Shown: positions 27,824-38,257, counted from the first letter of the stretch. The stretch is 64,000 nucleotides of DNA from Candidatus Woesearchaeota archaeon (GCA_016188045.1 JACPIM010000003.1:181-64180); one strand, 5' to 3'. Program-made: numbers and translations. Notes: generated from the letters alone by a model not told the origin.

Positions 27824-30286
27824 ATGGAGATAATTGGAGATTTACAAATACACTCGCGTTTTTCTAGAGCTTGCAGCAAAGATATAACTTTAGATAATTT
27901 AGAGAAATATGCAAGAATTAAAGGAATAGGTCTTTTAGGTTGTGCTGATTTTCAACATCCTAGGTGGAATAAAGAAATTAAAGATAACTTAAGTGAAGAT
28001 GAAAATGGTATATTATGGAGTAAAAATAAATTTCCTTTTTTATGGCAAACTGAAATTAGTTTAATGTATAAAGATGTTAAACGAAGAGCCGTTCATTTAT
28101 TGGTTTTTAGTCCGAATAAAGAAGTAGCTGGTCAAATAATAGATATTTTAGGTAAAAGAGGAAGATTAGATTATGATGGAAGACCTATTTTTGGTATTCC
28201 AAGTGTTGAATTTGTTGAAATGATGAAAGAAATTGATGATAAAGTTGAGGTTATTCCTGCACATTGTCTATTGCCGAATGAAAAAGTTATATGCAATCCT
28301 AACTCAAAGAAAATTTCAGATATTAAAGCTGGTGATAAAGTCCTAACTCATACGGGCTTATATAAAAAAGTTATAGAAACATATGTGCGGCCTTATAGCG
28401 GTATATCCTATAGAATACAACCATATTATTTTAGAGAAGGTGGAATAAATGTGACTAAAGAACATCCTTTTTTGGCTATAAAAACTGTTAAGGCTTGTTC
28501 TTTTATTGGTGGTTTATGTAAACCAAATAGTATATCTAAAGGAAAACATAAATGTGGTAAGAAACATTATGAAAAATATAAACCACAGTGGATTTCAGCC
28601 GATAATTTGGAGATAAATGATGTTTTATTATATCCTCGACAGAATAATATTATTGACATTGATAGTATTAAAATATCTGATATAATTGGTAATTATGATT
28701 ATAGGATTAGTGATGATTATATCAGACCAAATATTGGTAGGCAAGATAAAGGGATAATAAACACCATAAATATAACCCCCGATTTTTGTAGACTTATTGG
28801 GTATTATCTAGCTGAAGGCTATTTTAGTAGAAAAAATGTTCTATTATTTTCTTTTGCGGATTATGAGGCAGAATATATAAATGATGTAGAAAAGTTAATG
28901 AAAAATTGTTTTGGGGTTAATATTAGGAAAAGGAAAGTTGGGAATGCTTATGAGTTATACATATATTCAAAGGTTCTTGTTGAATTTTTTAAAAATCTTT
29001 TTTATGAAGGGATGCGATTTAGAGCCTTTTCAAAAAGACTGCCCAATTGGGCCTTATATTTGCCGAAGGATAAGCAAGTAGAATTTTTTTATGGGTGGTG
29101 GTGTGGTGATACTGGTGTTACAACTTCTGAAATATTAGCTATGCAAATGAAAATGATCTGCTTGAGATTAGGAATTATACCATCGATATATGTTAAAACA
29201 AAAGAAGAACATAACAAAAGGAGTCCAAAGATATTAAACAGAAAAATTGTTTCCAATTATGATTATTATGTATTTCAAAATCTTTCTTTTTATAACGATG
29301 ATTTTAGCTTATTAAATAGTAAGCCCTTTAGTAAGTTTAAAACAAAGATACTCAGAAAACATGGGTGGATAGATGAGAATTATGTTTATATTCCAATAAA
29401 AAAGATTGATGTCAATTATTATAGCGGGCAAGTTTATAATTTAGAAGTTGAAGATGATAATTCTTATGTCACTCCTGCTGCGACGGTTCATAACTGTATG
29501 ACCTCTTGGTTTGGTGTTTTTGGCAGCAAGTCTGGGTTTGATAGTTTGAAAGAATGTTTTAAAGATAAAGTGAATAAGATATATGCTATTGAAAGTGGAA
29601 TGTCAGCTGATCCTCAGATGCTGTGGAGATTAAAGGAAAATGTTAATATTGTAAGTTTTTCAGATGCACACTCATTTTGGCCTTATAGAATTGGAAGAGA
29701 AGCAACTATATTTGACTTAAAAGAACTAACTTATGATAATGTAATAAAAGCAATAAGAACAGGAGAAGGATTAAAAGGAACAGTGGAAGTTTTTCCTGAA
29801 TATGGAAAATATCACATAGATGGGCATAGGAATTGCGGGTTTAGTTGTGATTATATTGAAAGCAAAAAATTAAATAAAATGTGCCCTAAATGTGGAAAAG
29901 AAATGACTATTGGTGTTGAATATAGAATTGAGGAATTAGCTAAAGAAAAAAAAGGTTTTAAACCTACTAATTTTAAAGATGTTATTGAAGTTATACCATT
30001 ACAGGAAGTAATTGCTTCTGTTTTAGATGCCAAACAATTAAATTCTAAAAAAGTATTGGAGATTTATAATAAATTAATCAAGGAATTTAAAGATGAGTTT
30101 AATGTTTTATTGAATGTTAATTATGATGATTTAGTTAAAATTGTTCATGAAAAATTAGCTAAAATTATTATTAAAAATAGAAATGGCGAATTAAATATTC
30201 GTGCAGGTTTTGATGGGGTTTATGGAACGATAGTTTTAGATAAAGAAGAAAAAATAGAAGAACAGAAGTCTTTGGGAGAATTTTAA
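27824..30286 (+). CDS. endoQ: Endonuclease Q-family PHP nuclease, intein-containing
   Basis: DLQIHSRFSRA, EISLMY, IPAH|C...SGMSADP, SDAHS, GKYHIDGHRNC, CPKCGK, GFDGVYG. Confidence 0.85.
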   Translation: MEIIGDLQIHSRFSRACSKDITLDNLEKYARIKGIGLLGCADFQHPRWNKEIKDNLSEDENGILWSKNKFPFLWQTEISLMYKDVKRRAVHLLVFSPNKEVAGQIIDILGKRGRLDYDGRPIFGIPSVEFVEMMKEIDDKVEVIPAHCLLPNEKVICNPNSKKISDIKAGDKVLTHTGLYKKVIETYVRPYSGISYRIQPYYFREGGINVTKEHPFLAIKTVKACSFIGGLCKPNSISKGKHKCGKKHYEKYKPQWISADNLEINDVLLYPRQNNIIDIDSIKISDIIGNYDYRISDDYIRPNIGRQDKGIINTINITPDFCRLIGYYLAEGYFSRKNVLLFSFADYEAEYINDVEKLMKNCFGVNIRKRKVGNAYELYIYSKVLVEFFKNLFYEGMRFRAFSKRLPNWALYLPKDKQVEFFYGWWCGDTGVTTSEILAMQMKMICLRLGIIPSIYVKTKEEHNKRSPKILNRKIVSNYDYYVFQNLSFYNDDFSLLNSKPFSKFKTKILRKHGWIDENYVYIPIKKIDVNYYSGQVYNLEVEDDNSYVTPAATVHNCMTSWFGVFGSKSGFDSLKECFKDKVNKIYAIESGMSADPQMLWRLKENVNIVSFSDAHSFWPYRIGREATIFDLKELTYDNVIKAIRTGEGLKGTVEVFPEYGKYHIDGHRNCGFSCDYIESKKLNKMCPKCGKEMTIGVEYRIEELAKEKKGFKPTNFKDVIEVIPLQEVIASVLDAKQLNSKKVLEIYNKLIKEFKDEFNVLLNVNYDDLVKIVHEKLAKIIIKNRNGELNIRAGFDGVYGTIVLDKEEKIEEQKSLGEF
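28265..29494 (+). mobile_element. 410-aa intein with LAGLIDADG endonuclease
   Basis: Starts CLLPNEKV, block B TKEHPFL, RLIGYYLAEG, ends VYNLEV...TVHN followed by Cys+1. Confidence 0.93.
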
Positions 30287-30312
30287 AAAATAACAAAAAA
30301 TTTTGCGCGCGA

Positions 30313-30965
30313 CTACGGACGTACCCCGACAAGACGGCCACTGTCGCAGTCAAGATGATCCCTGTCAAAAGCAACAGACCCGCCCTCAAGCAAGTCAACA
30401 ACAAACAGATTCATTAAAACTAGTTGTTCTTGTGGAGAACTAACATAAATCCCCATGTTTTCATCATATCTAAATCTAGTTTTAGCTTGTGAAAAAACCG
30501 CATTAACATAATCATTTAATAAATCCTGATCATTTCCAGCAAAAGTCCTCCAAATTGGATTAGATTTTGCTTGTCTTTTTGTTAATGGCTCTCCTGTGTA
30601 TTTCTCTATATCTCTTTTTGATAATTCTAAATCCGCATCTAATGATTCATAAGCTCCATCTGGTAATACTAAAGCACCTAAGCTTAAAGGACTATCTGGA
30701 TTAATTTTTCTCAAGTCTTGGGAGCTACGAACAATTTTTGCTTTACCATCAGGATGATAAGCAAGACCATCTCCTGTATCAGAATGATAATCCCACCAAG
30801 CAGATTTAACTTCATCATAGGGAAGGCTAATACTTCTTGTTTTCTTTGCATTAATCCCTGAACTGATAATGGGCTTCTTCCACTTTTAATAAGCAAAGGC
30901 ATTTGATCTACGATTCTACCTGGAAATAGTTCATATTTTCCTGGTTCGTTTAATTGTGAAGACAT
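30313..30965 (-). pseudogene. Frameshifted hypothetical gene (two ORFs forming one protein)
   Basis: The -1 frame near 30825 continues as PYDEVKSAWWDYHSDTGDGLAYHPDGKAKIV directly into ORF 30313-30714. Confidence 0.7.
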
Positions 30966-31093
30966 TTTTATTCTCCTTTATTATGAATTAATCATAATTT
31001 ATACTATTATTACTTTCATATGTGGTATATAAATCTTTTGTTTTGTTATTACTTATTAGTTGCTATTATTTTAGTTAGAAAAGCTTATAAGCT

Positions 31094-31116
31094 ATAGCAA
31101 GTTATATAGTTGCTAT
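31094..31116. promoter_or_regulatory. Putative TA operator palindrome
   Basis: ATAGCAA-N9-TTGCTAT overlapping the antitoxin start. Confidence 0.5.
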
Positions 31117-31339
31117 GGAAACAACAATACAAGTTAGTCGGGATTTGCTTGAGACTTTAAAAAAAAGAAAAATGAGCGAAAAAGAAAGTTATGAAGAAGT
31201 AATCTGGGACTTAATAGAGGATACAATGGAATTATCTGAAGAAACTAAAAAAGATATTGAAGAAGCACGTAAGGAAGTTAAAGAAGGAAAAGTGCATAAG
31301 TGGGAAGATATAAAAAAGGAGCTAAAACTGAATGTATGA
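31115..31339 (+). CDS. Antitoxin of a RelE module
   Basis: METTIQVS...ESYEEVIWDL...EEARKEVKEGKVHKWEDIKKEL. Confidence 0.8.
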   Translation: METTIQVSRDLLETLKKRKMSEKESYEEVIWDLIEDTMELSEETKKDIEEARKEVKEGKVHKWEDIKKELKLNV

Positions 31340-31586
31340 GCTTATTTTTACTGATAAAGCAAAAAAACAATTTCTTAAACTTGAAAAACAAACTCAAGAA
31401 AGAATAGGCTCTGTTCTTGAGCGTATTAAGCTGAGACCAGAACATTTTGTTGAAAAACTTATTGGTGAACTGGGTTATAGATTAAGAGTTGGTGATTATA
31501 GAATAATCTTGGATATTGATAAAAATAGATTAATAATCCTTATTTTAAAAGTCGGACATCGAAAAAATGTTTATGATAATCTTTAA
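31332..31586 (+). CDS. RelE/ParE-family toxin
   Basis: YELIFTDKAKKQFLKL, YRLRVGDYRII, VGHRKNVY. Confidence 0.92.
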   Translation: MYELIFTDKAKKQFLKLEKQTQERIGSVLERIKLRPEHFVEKLIGELGYRLRVGDYRIILDIDKNRLIILILKVGHRKNVYDNL

Positions 31587-32353
31587 CCAATGTAATTAAT
31601 GTCTTTTCCAGGCATTGGCGGGAATTTTAGTTTCTTCATTCTTGTTTTTTGTCTTTCTGTTTCTTCTCTTTCAATATCTGTTATTTCACCGTCTAAATTT
31701 GATAAATTCAGGTTTAACTTCAATTTTTGATTTAATACTTTTAATATTTCACGGGCGGATTTTATGCCTAAGTGATTTGGATGCCCGTATGTTTCTGCCA
31801 ATAAAGAAATTGCTGGTATCTTTCTTTTTCCTGCCAAGCCAACTAATAAACCCGAAACTCCAACTATTGGGCCAACCATACCATAAATATTCTCTTGAAT
31901 TAGCCTATTTGCATATTTTTTTCTTATTTTATGATCATTAGCAGTGCAGTATACTTTTGGTTTTTTTGGATTTTTGTCTAGAGCTATGCCTCCTAGTGTT
32001 ATTATTTCTTTTGCTCCTGTGTGTTGTTCAATCATATCTAAAACACTATCGCAGAATTCATAGCAGGAAGTTTCATCTAAAGGCTGAATATCTCCTGCTA
32101 ATAATAATAAGGTATAGTCTTTGTAATTTTTATAATATATTTCAATAGAAGGCAATTCTACTAGATTATCTTCATTTACAAAAACACAATGTGGGAAGCT
32201 ATAAGAAGTAAGTTCATATAATTTTTTAGCATTAAGATTGTCTATTATGAAATCGGTTGCAATTTTTCCTACGTTACCTACGCCAGGAAGTCCCTCTATT
32301 AAAACAGGGTTCTTTATTTTTATATCTGATATTTTATTTATTTTCCAGGTCAT
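31583..32353 (-). CDS. PAC2-family proteasome assembly chaperone
   Basis: LIEGLPGVGNVGKIA, ITLGG, GPIVGVSGLL; conserved eif2a-nop10-PAC2 gene order. Confidence 0.9.
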   Translation of the reverse strand: MTWKINKISDIKIKNPVLIEGLPGVGNVGKIATDFIIDNLNAKKLYELTSYSFPHCVFVNEDNLVELPSIEIYYKNYKDYTLLLLAGDIQPLDETSCYEFCDSVLDMIEQHTGAKEIITLGGIALDKNPKKPKVYCTANDHKIRKKYANRLIQENIYGMVGPIVGVSGLLVGLAGKRKIPAISLLAETYGHPNHLGIKSAREILKVLNQKLKLNLNLSNLDGEITDIEREETERQKTRMKKLKFPPMPGKDINYIG

Positions 32354-32507
32354 TTTTTAATCTTAATTTTTCCTTTCTTCTGTAAATACCATATTTATCT
32401 TCTGGACTAAATTTTGCTGGTTTTATAGTTATTGTTTTTTCATTACAATGGATCTCTTTTAAGGTATATGTGTGGCATTTTTGGCACATTAAGATTTCTT
32501 TTGCCAT
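32334..32507 (-). CDS. nop10: H/ACA RNP protein Nop10 (not in ORF track)
   Basis: MAKEILMCQKCHTYTLKEIHC...PAKFSPEDKYGIYRR. Confidence 0.92.
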   Translation of the reverse strand: MAKEILMCQKCHTYTLKEIHCNEKTITIKPAKFSPEDKYGIYRRKEKLRLKNDLENK

Positions 32508-33280
32508 TCTGCTTCACATCCTTCTTTTTTTGCTTCAGTTACTAAATAATTTGAAACTTCAGTAAGGATTTTATCTGCATTTTTAAGGTTATCTGAGGTT
32601 ATCTCTATACTATATTTTGGGGCACTTACATACTTTATATCTGCTTTATATCTTTTATTATTAATAAATTCTTTTGTCTTGCTAAATAATTGTTTTATCT
32701 TAATTATTCCATTCTTTTCTTTATTTAATATGGAAATGTTAGCTTTTAATTTCACTTCTGGTAATTTTATTTTTTCTTTAATTTTTTTGATTAAACTATC
32801 TAATAATTTCTTTTCTACTTTAATGTCTTTATTTGTATCTTTATTCTCCAGTACCAAGAGATAGAAATTAGTTAAGGAACTAAATTTTTCATATATCTGG
32901 TTGCCTATTTTTTTGTAGACTTCTTCTATTGTTATTTTATTCTCTTTTGCTAATTGTTCTAATAGCTTTTCTGCCTTATTTTCTTGCTTAAATTCTTCCT
33001 CTTTTTTTCTTCTTAACGTTACAGGAACTCTTCGCAATGATAAGTCTATATGGCCCCTTTCTTTGTCTATCCTTAAGATTTTACAAACTATTGTCTTGCC
33101 TTCTATTACGAAATCGCGTAAATTTCTTATCCTTCCAGGTGCAATTTCTGAAATATGTATCATGCCCTCTTTGTTTTGATATTCATTTAGAATTACGAAA
33201 ACAGCGTTTGGTAGAATTTTTTTTACTGTGCAAATGACTAGATCATCAATTTCTGGAATTCCTTGCTTTTTGTAAAACAT
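32489..33280 (-). CDS. eif2a: Translation initiation factor aIF-2 alpha
   Basis: S1 domain EGMIHISEIAPGRIRN, GHIDLSLRRV, YVSAPKY. Confidence 0.95.
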   Translation of the reverse strand: MFYKKQGIPEIDDLVICTVKKILPNAVFVILNEYQNKEGMIHISEIAPGRIRNLRDFVIEGKTIVCKILRIDKERGHIDLSLRRVPVTLRRKKEEEFKQENKAEKLLEQLAKENKITIEEVYKKIGNQIYEKFSSLTNFYLLVLENKDTNKDIKVEKKLLDSLIKKIKEKIKLPEVKLKANISILNKEKNGIIKIKQLFSKTKEFINNKRYKADIKYVSAPKYSIEITSDNLKNADKILTEVSNYLVTEAKKEGCEAEWQKKS

Positions 33281-33460
33281 TTATTCTAGAACCTCCAAAA
33301 TCCTGGCCTTTACCCTTCCTTTTCCGCCAGATGGTTCCATTAAAAGTTTACTGCAAACTAAGCATTTTACTTCTGTTGATGGTTTTCCGAATACTATTTG
33401 CTCATTTTTACATTTTAAGCAACGTAGCTTTATGAATCTTGATGTTGGTTCTCTTCTCAT
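33281..33460 (-). CDS. rps27e: Ribosomal protein S27e (not in ORF track)
   Basis: SRFIKLRCLKCKNEQIVFGKPSTEVKCLVC...PSGGKG. Confidence 0.95.
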   Translation of the reverse strand: MRREPTSRFIKLRCLKCKNEQIVFGKPSTEVKCLVCSKLLMEPSGGKGRVKARILEVLE

Positions 33461-33768
33461 TTTATCTCAACCTTTTTTGCCCTTTTACCTTTTCCTTGAA
33501 CTGATATTTTTCCGCAGGTTTTGCATTTATATCTTAAATCCGGTTTCTTTGAAGATTTAGCACCTGACATTTTCCAAGCTGATTTAGCTTTTCTTGAATA
33601 TTTACCATGATTACCAAAGCCTTTTGTTCCTGAGCCGCGGTTTTCTAATCTTGGTAATGAGCCTTTTTTAAGACTACCTCTGTCTCTTTTTTTTGCTACT
33701 GAAACTTCGTGTTCTTGATGCTTCTTACAATATTTACAATATCTGTTAACTTTTTTTGGTTTTTTCAT
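33457..33768 (-). CDS. rpl44e: Ribosomal protein L44e
   Basis: RYCKYCKKHQEH, GFGNHGKYS, LRYKCKTCGK. Confidence 0.95.
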   Translation of the reverse strand: MKKPKKVNRYCKYCKKHQEHEVSVAKKRDRGSLKKGSLPRLENRGSGTKGFGNHGKYSRKAKSAWKMSGAKSSKKPDLRYKCKTCGKISVQGKGKRAKKVEIK

Positions 33769-34370
33769 TTGATTTCATAAGCTCTTTTTTTGGTGATAAG
33801 TATTTGAGCTGCCCTTGTTGGTATATTTGCAATGTCTTCTTCGCTAAATGGGCCATATATCTTAAGGTCTTCCCCAACAAATTTTGGAACTGGATGAATG
33901 AACCTTATTAATTTTGATGTTTCCTTATTTTCAGTTTTTATATCTTTCGGTAGTGATAATGTTGGCAATTTTAAGTCTAGTATGTTATCTAATATGCCTG
34001 TTCTGTAACTATCTAACAATCTAAGGATGGAATTAAAAAATTCTTGTTCTTCGGGCAACATATTTTTATATTCGTGACTTAGGTTTGTTCTAGATGAAAA
34101 TAGTGCTAATTGGATAATTTTGTTTTCTCTTTTTTCATAGAGTTCTTTCAGAATTCTTTTAACATTTTGAATCTGTTTTCCGGTTTTTTCTGATTCTTTT
34201 GAAAATATTGAATCTTGTGCTTTTTGTGATTCTAATATTGTTTGTTTTTCTGTTAAATATTCTATAACATTGTTAAAGAAGGTTTGTGGTAGTGGTTGTA
34301 ATTCTGTTTCATATTTCTCTTTTCTTAATAATTCATAAATAGTTTCGTAAGTTATATTAATATCTGACAA
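33765..34370 (-). CDS. GINS-family replication protein
   Basis: ELLRKEK...LQPLPQTFF, NMLPEE, VPKFVGEDLKIYGPF. Confidence 0.8.
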   Translation of the reverse strand: MSDINITYETIYELLRKEKYETELQPLPQTFFNNVIEYLTEKQTILESQKAQDSIFSKESEKTGKQIQNVKRILKELYEKRENKIIQLALFSSRTNLSHEYKNMLPEEQEFFNSILRLLDSYRTGILDNILDLKLPTLSLPKDIKTENKETSKLIRFIHPVPKFVGEDLKIYGPFSEEDIANIPTRAAQILITKKRAYEIK

Positions 34371-34536
34371 TTTTCCCCCTAAAAACTAATAAAAAGTAAA
34401 TTTAAGTTATAAATATTGTTGTCTTTTAATATTTATGCTTAAGAAATCTTAATAAGGTAATACTCTATAAAAAGTACTACTTAATAGTAAGTATTAATGC
34501 AAAGATTTATAAATGATTTTTTTCTTATTTTGTGTT

Positions 34537-35619
34537 ATGGCAGAACAACCAGATAATTCGAGAGAAAAACAAAAGTCCGATATTGAACAGAGAAGATATA
34601 ATATGACTTTGTCCGAGAAGGTTTATGAATTGTTTAAGCCGATGTTTCTTACTTTTTATGTCGGGTTGCCTTTTTTAGCGGTTTATTCTGTTAAACCCTT
34701 AAGTTCTTATCTTGGAATAGGTGAAATTCCTGAGGATGTTACTATTGGTGCCGGTGCAGCGGCTTCTGTTATGGCTGGTATAGATCTGACTGTTAGGTAT
34801 TTTAGGGGTAAATGGCCGTTTACTAGTATTGATAAAAATGTTTGGCAGCCCACTCTTTGGATTAATGAAAAACGTGGGCCAATATTGGAACAGGGTACTA
34901 GTTTATTAATATCTCCTTTAGTAAAAAAAGTCTTGGATGAAGAGGGGAAACCATTATCAATACCTGGAACTCAACAGGAATTGGATATGACCCTTCGTTT
35001 TACGACTGAAGCCGGATATCAGGGAAGTATAGCTGTACAAGCAATATATCAAATTCGTGATCCATATATTTTTCACTGGATCGCTGAGGGTAGGGTTGGA
35101 AAACTTGACGGTTTGATTTCTGGTAAATTATCTGAAAGAATAGGCGATATTGTTGCTAATAAAATAACGAAGTCAGATTATGTTGATGATGTAGTAAAAA
35201 AGCTTAATGGTAAAGGAAGTATGTTTGAGCTTACTGGTTGTGAGACTTTGAATATTTCAATATCAGATCCCACTTATGATCCTGAGTCTGAAAAGATACG
35301 TCTTATTCCTATAAAAGCTGAGAAGGACGCTGAGGCCACGGAGAGGATGGCGGAAGCTACGAAAAAGAATTATGCTACATATTTAGAGATTGCCCGTGAC
35401 ATATATAAACTAGATAAGAGTACTCCTCTTTCTAGTCTCTTTATGAAACTAATAACTATGGATAACACTCAACAAGTTGCTGAATCTGGTAAAGCAACAA
35501 TAGTTAGTATTGATACACCGATACCAATGTTTCAGGTTCAACCTAAGAATCCTACTTCAGATGATTCACCAGATGGTCCAAATTTAAAATATCATTCAGG
35601 AGAACCTGAAGAGGAATAA
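34537..35619 (+). CDS. SPFH/Band-7-like membrane protein
   Basis: Two TM segments, then YQIRDP...GCETLNISISD...AEKDAEA. Confidence 0.55.
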   Translation: MAEQPDNSREKQKSDIEQRRYNMTLSEKVYELFKPMFLTFYVGLPFLAVYSVKPLSSYLGIGEIPEDVTIGAGAAASVMAGIDLTVRYFRGKWPFTSIDKNVWQPTLWINEKRGPILEQGTSLLISPLVKKVLDEEGKPLSIPGTQQELDMTLRFTTEAGYQGSIAVQAIYQIRDPYIFHWIAEGRVGKLDGLISGKLSERIGDIVANKITKSDYVDDVVKKLNGKGSMFELTGCETLNISISDPTYDPESEKIRLIPIKAEKDAEATERMAEATKKNYATYLEIARDIYKLDKSTPLSSLFMKLITMDNTQQVAESGKATIVSIDTPIPMFQVQPKNPTSDDSPDGPNLKYHSGEPEEE

Positions 35620-35627
35620 GATAAAAC

Positions 35628-36215
35628 CTAGATCTTTATATTATATTCAAAATAATTATCATATGGGTTTTCTAATTGCAACATTTGTTTTATTGTTAAT
35701 TTTTCAAAATATCTACGAAAAGGACGCATGGAATTTCCATGGGCGGAGATTGCAACGTTAACTTTATTTTGTTTAATGAATCTAATTAGATCTTTAATAA
35801 ATAATAAAACTCGTTTTTCTACTTGTTTTATTGATTCTCCTTTAGGTGGCGGGATGTTGTAAGAGCGGTGATAAATATCATATGATTTTGGGCTGTTCTT
35901 TACAATAAAGTTATAGTGGCTTATTCCTGATAATTTACCGTATGAACGCTCAATCATTCTATCATCTGTAATTATTTTTTTACATTCTGGATGATATTTT
36001 AGTATATATCTTAAAGTGTCTTTTGATCTTGAAAGCCTAGTTTGAAATGCTACCTCTATTTTTTTATCTTTTAATCTTATAGCTATAATTTTTGCATCTT
36101 CTATGCCTTTTTTAGTAAGTTTTGTATCTAACCACCCAGAAAAAATACCATCCCGATTATGATAGGTTTGACCATGCCTGAACAAGTAGATTTTATATTC
36201 CTCCTCTTTAACCAT
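35628..36215 (-). CDS. gpmA: 2,3-bisphosphoglycerate-dependent phosphoglycerate mutase
   Basis: FRHGQT, ERSYG, PPKGES, AHGNSMR. Confidence 0.85.
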   Translation of the reverse strand: MVKEEEYKIYLFRHGQTYHNRDGIFSGWLDTKLTKKGIEDAKIIAIRLKDKKIEVAFQTRLSRSKDTLRYILKYHPECKKIITDDRMIERSYGKLSGISHYNFIVKNSPKSYDIYHRSYNIPPPKGESIKQVEKRVLLFIKDLIRFIKQNKVNVAISAHGNSMRPFRRYFEKLTIKQMLQLENPYDNYFEYNIKI

Positions 36216-36316
36216 ATAAAAAAATAGTATTATTATATATAAAAAACTATTGAAACTATTTTCATGGCTAAAAACCTTTATAAATAATGATAAACCCTTC
36301 TCAACTCTGAATAAAT

Positions 36317-37513
36317 ATGTTTAAATTTTTGAAAAATAAATTAAAGAATGCTATTTCTAATATTGGGAAAAAGGTTGAAAAGGAAGTTAAAGATGAAGAA
36401 ATTGAGATAAAAGATGTAAAAAATATTGAGCCCATTGAAGAGAAGCTCAAGGAAGAAAAGAAAGGATTTTTTGCACGATTTAAAAAAGAGGAGAAACATA
36501 AGGAAGATAAAGAAGAAATTAAAGAAAAAGAGACTAAGAAAAAAACCATTATTGAAGAGAAGCTTAAGGAAGAAGAAGTTATAGAGAAAAAAGAAAAAGC
36601 TGATGAAATAAAAGCGGGACCGGAAATAGAAATTAAAGAAATTATTACTGAGCCAAAAGAGGATGAAAAGAGAAGTTTTTTTAGTAAAATTAAAGAAAAA
36701 ATAATAACCAAGAAAATTTCTGAAGAAAAATTTGAAGAGTTATTTTTTGATTTAGAAGTTGCCTTGTTGGAAAATAATGTTGCTATTGAAGTTGTTGAGA
36801 AAATTAGAGACGATTTAAAGAAAGAAATTGTTGACAAGCCAATTTTAAGGGGCAAAGTTGAGGAAGTTATAAAAGAAGGATTAAAAAGCTCTATTGATGG
36901 ACTATTTTTAGATAAAAACTTTGATTTTATTAAAGAAATTAAGAAAAAGAAATTATATGTTATTCTATTTTTAGGTATAAATGGGAGTGGAAAAACTACT
37001 ACAATAGCTAAAGTTGCCTATATGTTGAAAGAGAATAAATTAAAAGTGGTTTTGGGTGCTGCAGATACCTTTAGGGCTGCAAGTATAGAGCAATTAAAGA
37101 GTTGGGGGGATAAATTAGGAATAAAGACAATAGCCCATAATTATGGAAGCGATCCTGCGGCTGTTGCTTTTGATGCTAAGAAATATGCTGAAGCACATGA
37201 TATTGATGTTGTTTTAATTGATACTGCTGGTAGATTACAGAGCAATAAAAATCTGATGGAGGAGATAAAAAAAATTGACCGGGTTGTTAAACCGGATATG
37301 AAAGTATTTGTAGGTGAAGCCATTACTGGAAATGATTGTATTGAACAGGCTAAAAGCTTTAATGACGCGGTTAATTTAGATGGAATAATATTAACTAAGA
37401 TGGATGTTGATGAGAAAGGCGGGGCTTTTATTTCTGCTACTTTTGTTACTAAAAAACCCATTTTATTAGTAGGAAACGGGCAAAATTTAAAGGATATTAA
37501 AGAATTACTCTAA
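36317..37513 (+). CDS. ftsY: Signal recognition particle receptor FtsY
   Basis: Charged N-terminus, GINGSGKTTT, DTFRAA, DTAGR, TKMD. Confidence 0.95.
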   Translation: MFKFLKNKLKNAISNIGKKVEKEVKDEEIEIKDVKNIEPIEEKLKEEKKGFFARFKKEEKHKEDKEEIKEKETKKKTIIEEKLKEEEVIEKKEKADEIKAGPEIEIKEIITEPKEDEKRSFFSKIKEKIITKKISEEKFEELFFDLEVALLENNVAIEVVEKIRDDLKKEIVDKPILRGKVEEVIKEGLKSSIDGLFLDKNFDFIKEIKKKKLYVILFLGINGSGKTTTIAKVAYMLKENKLKVVLGAADTFRAASIEQLKSWGDKLGIKTIAHNYGSDPAAVAFDAKKYAEAHDIDVVLIDTAGRLQSNKNLMEEIKKIDRVVKPDMKVFVGEAITGNDCIEQAKSFNDAVNLDGIILTKMDVDEKGGAFISATFVTKKPILLVGNGQNLKDIKELL

Positions 37514-37912
37514 GGGATCAATAACTTCGATGAAATCTATTTTTTTAAATGATTTATCATGTGTTAACAGTTTTTTTATATCTAACCTTTTCATTGTGGC
37601 CAATATTGTAGCATCCCTGCCGCCTATTCCTGTATGATTGTATTGTGCTAATAGATCTATTGAAGTGATAAGGAGATCATAATTAAAATCTTCTATTATA
37701 AACGGAAAAGCTAATAGTTTTTTTATCTTTTCTTGGCCCTTGATTGACCCTAAATTTTTTATTAAATAATGTGAAAGCTCTATGATTATTAAATTATTAA
37801 TTACGATTTCCTCTTTGTCTAATATTTTTTCTATATATTTAGAAACTACTATATGCTCTTTTGAAGATTCATCAAAATAGTAGCACCATATATTGCTATC
37901 TATAAATAGCAT
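37505..37912 (-). CDS. PIN-domain (VapC) toxin
   Basis: LFIDSNIW, GGRDATI, LTHDKSF. Confidence 0.88.
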   Translation of the reverse strand: MLFIDSNIWCYYFDESSKEHIVVSKYIEKILDKEEIVINNLIIIELSHYLIKNLGSIKGQEKIKKLLAFPFIIEDFNYDLLITSIDLLAQYNHTGIGGRDATILATMKRLDIKKLLTHDKSFKKIDFIEVIDPLE

Positions 37913-37915
37913 AAT

Positions 37916-38152
37916 TTATGTACTCCATATTTTTTTTAATTCCAACGGGTTTGTTTTACTTTCTTTTATACATCCTTTAAACTCTAAAGAAAAATCTGAA
38001 ATTGATTTTAGTGGTTTTAGTATTATTTCATCGTTTCTGACTTCAATAATCATATCTTCTCCTGTTCTTAGTTTTAGATTATTTCTAATACTTTTAGGAA
38101 TGAGTATTCTACCTTGTTTTTCTAACATTATTTTTTCCATTTTTTTCTCCAT
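37916..38152 (-). CDS. AbrB/MazE antitoxin
   Basis: EKQGRILIPKSIRNNLKLRTGEDM. Confidence 0.88.
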   Translation of the reverse strand: MEKKMEKIMLEKQGRILIPKSIRNNLKLRTGEDMIIEVRNDEIILKPLKSISDFSLEFKGCIKESKTNPLELKKIWST

Positions 38153-38257
38153 TCCAGATTAGTTTCCTTAATTTAAATAGTTGTTGGTTTTATTTTAATT
38201 ACTTATAAGTAGTTATAAATAGTAAGGTTTAAATATTAGTTCTTACATAAAAATTAT

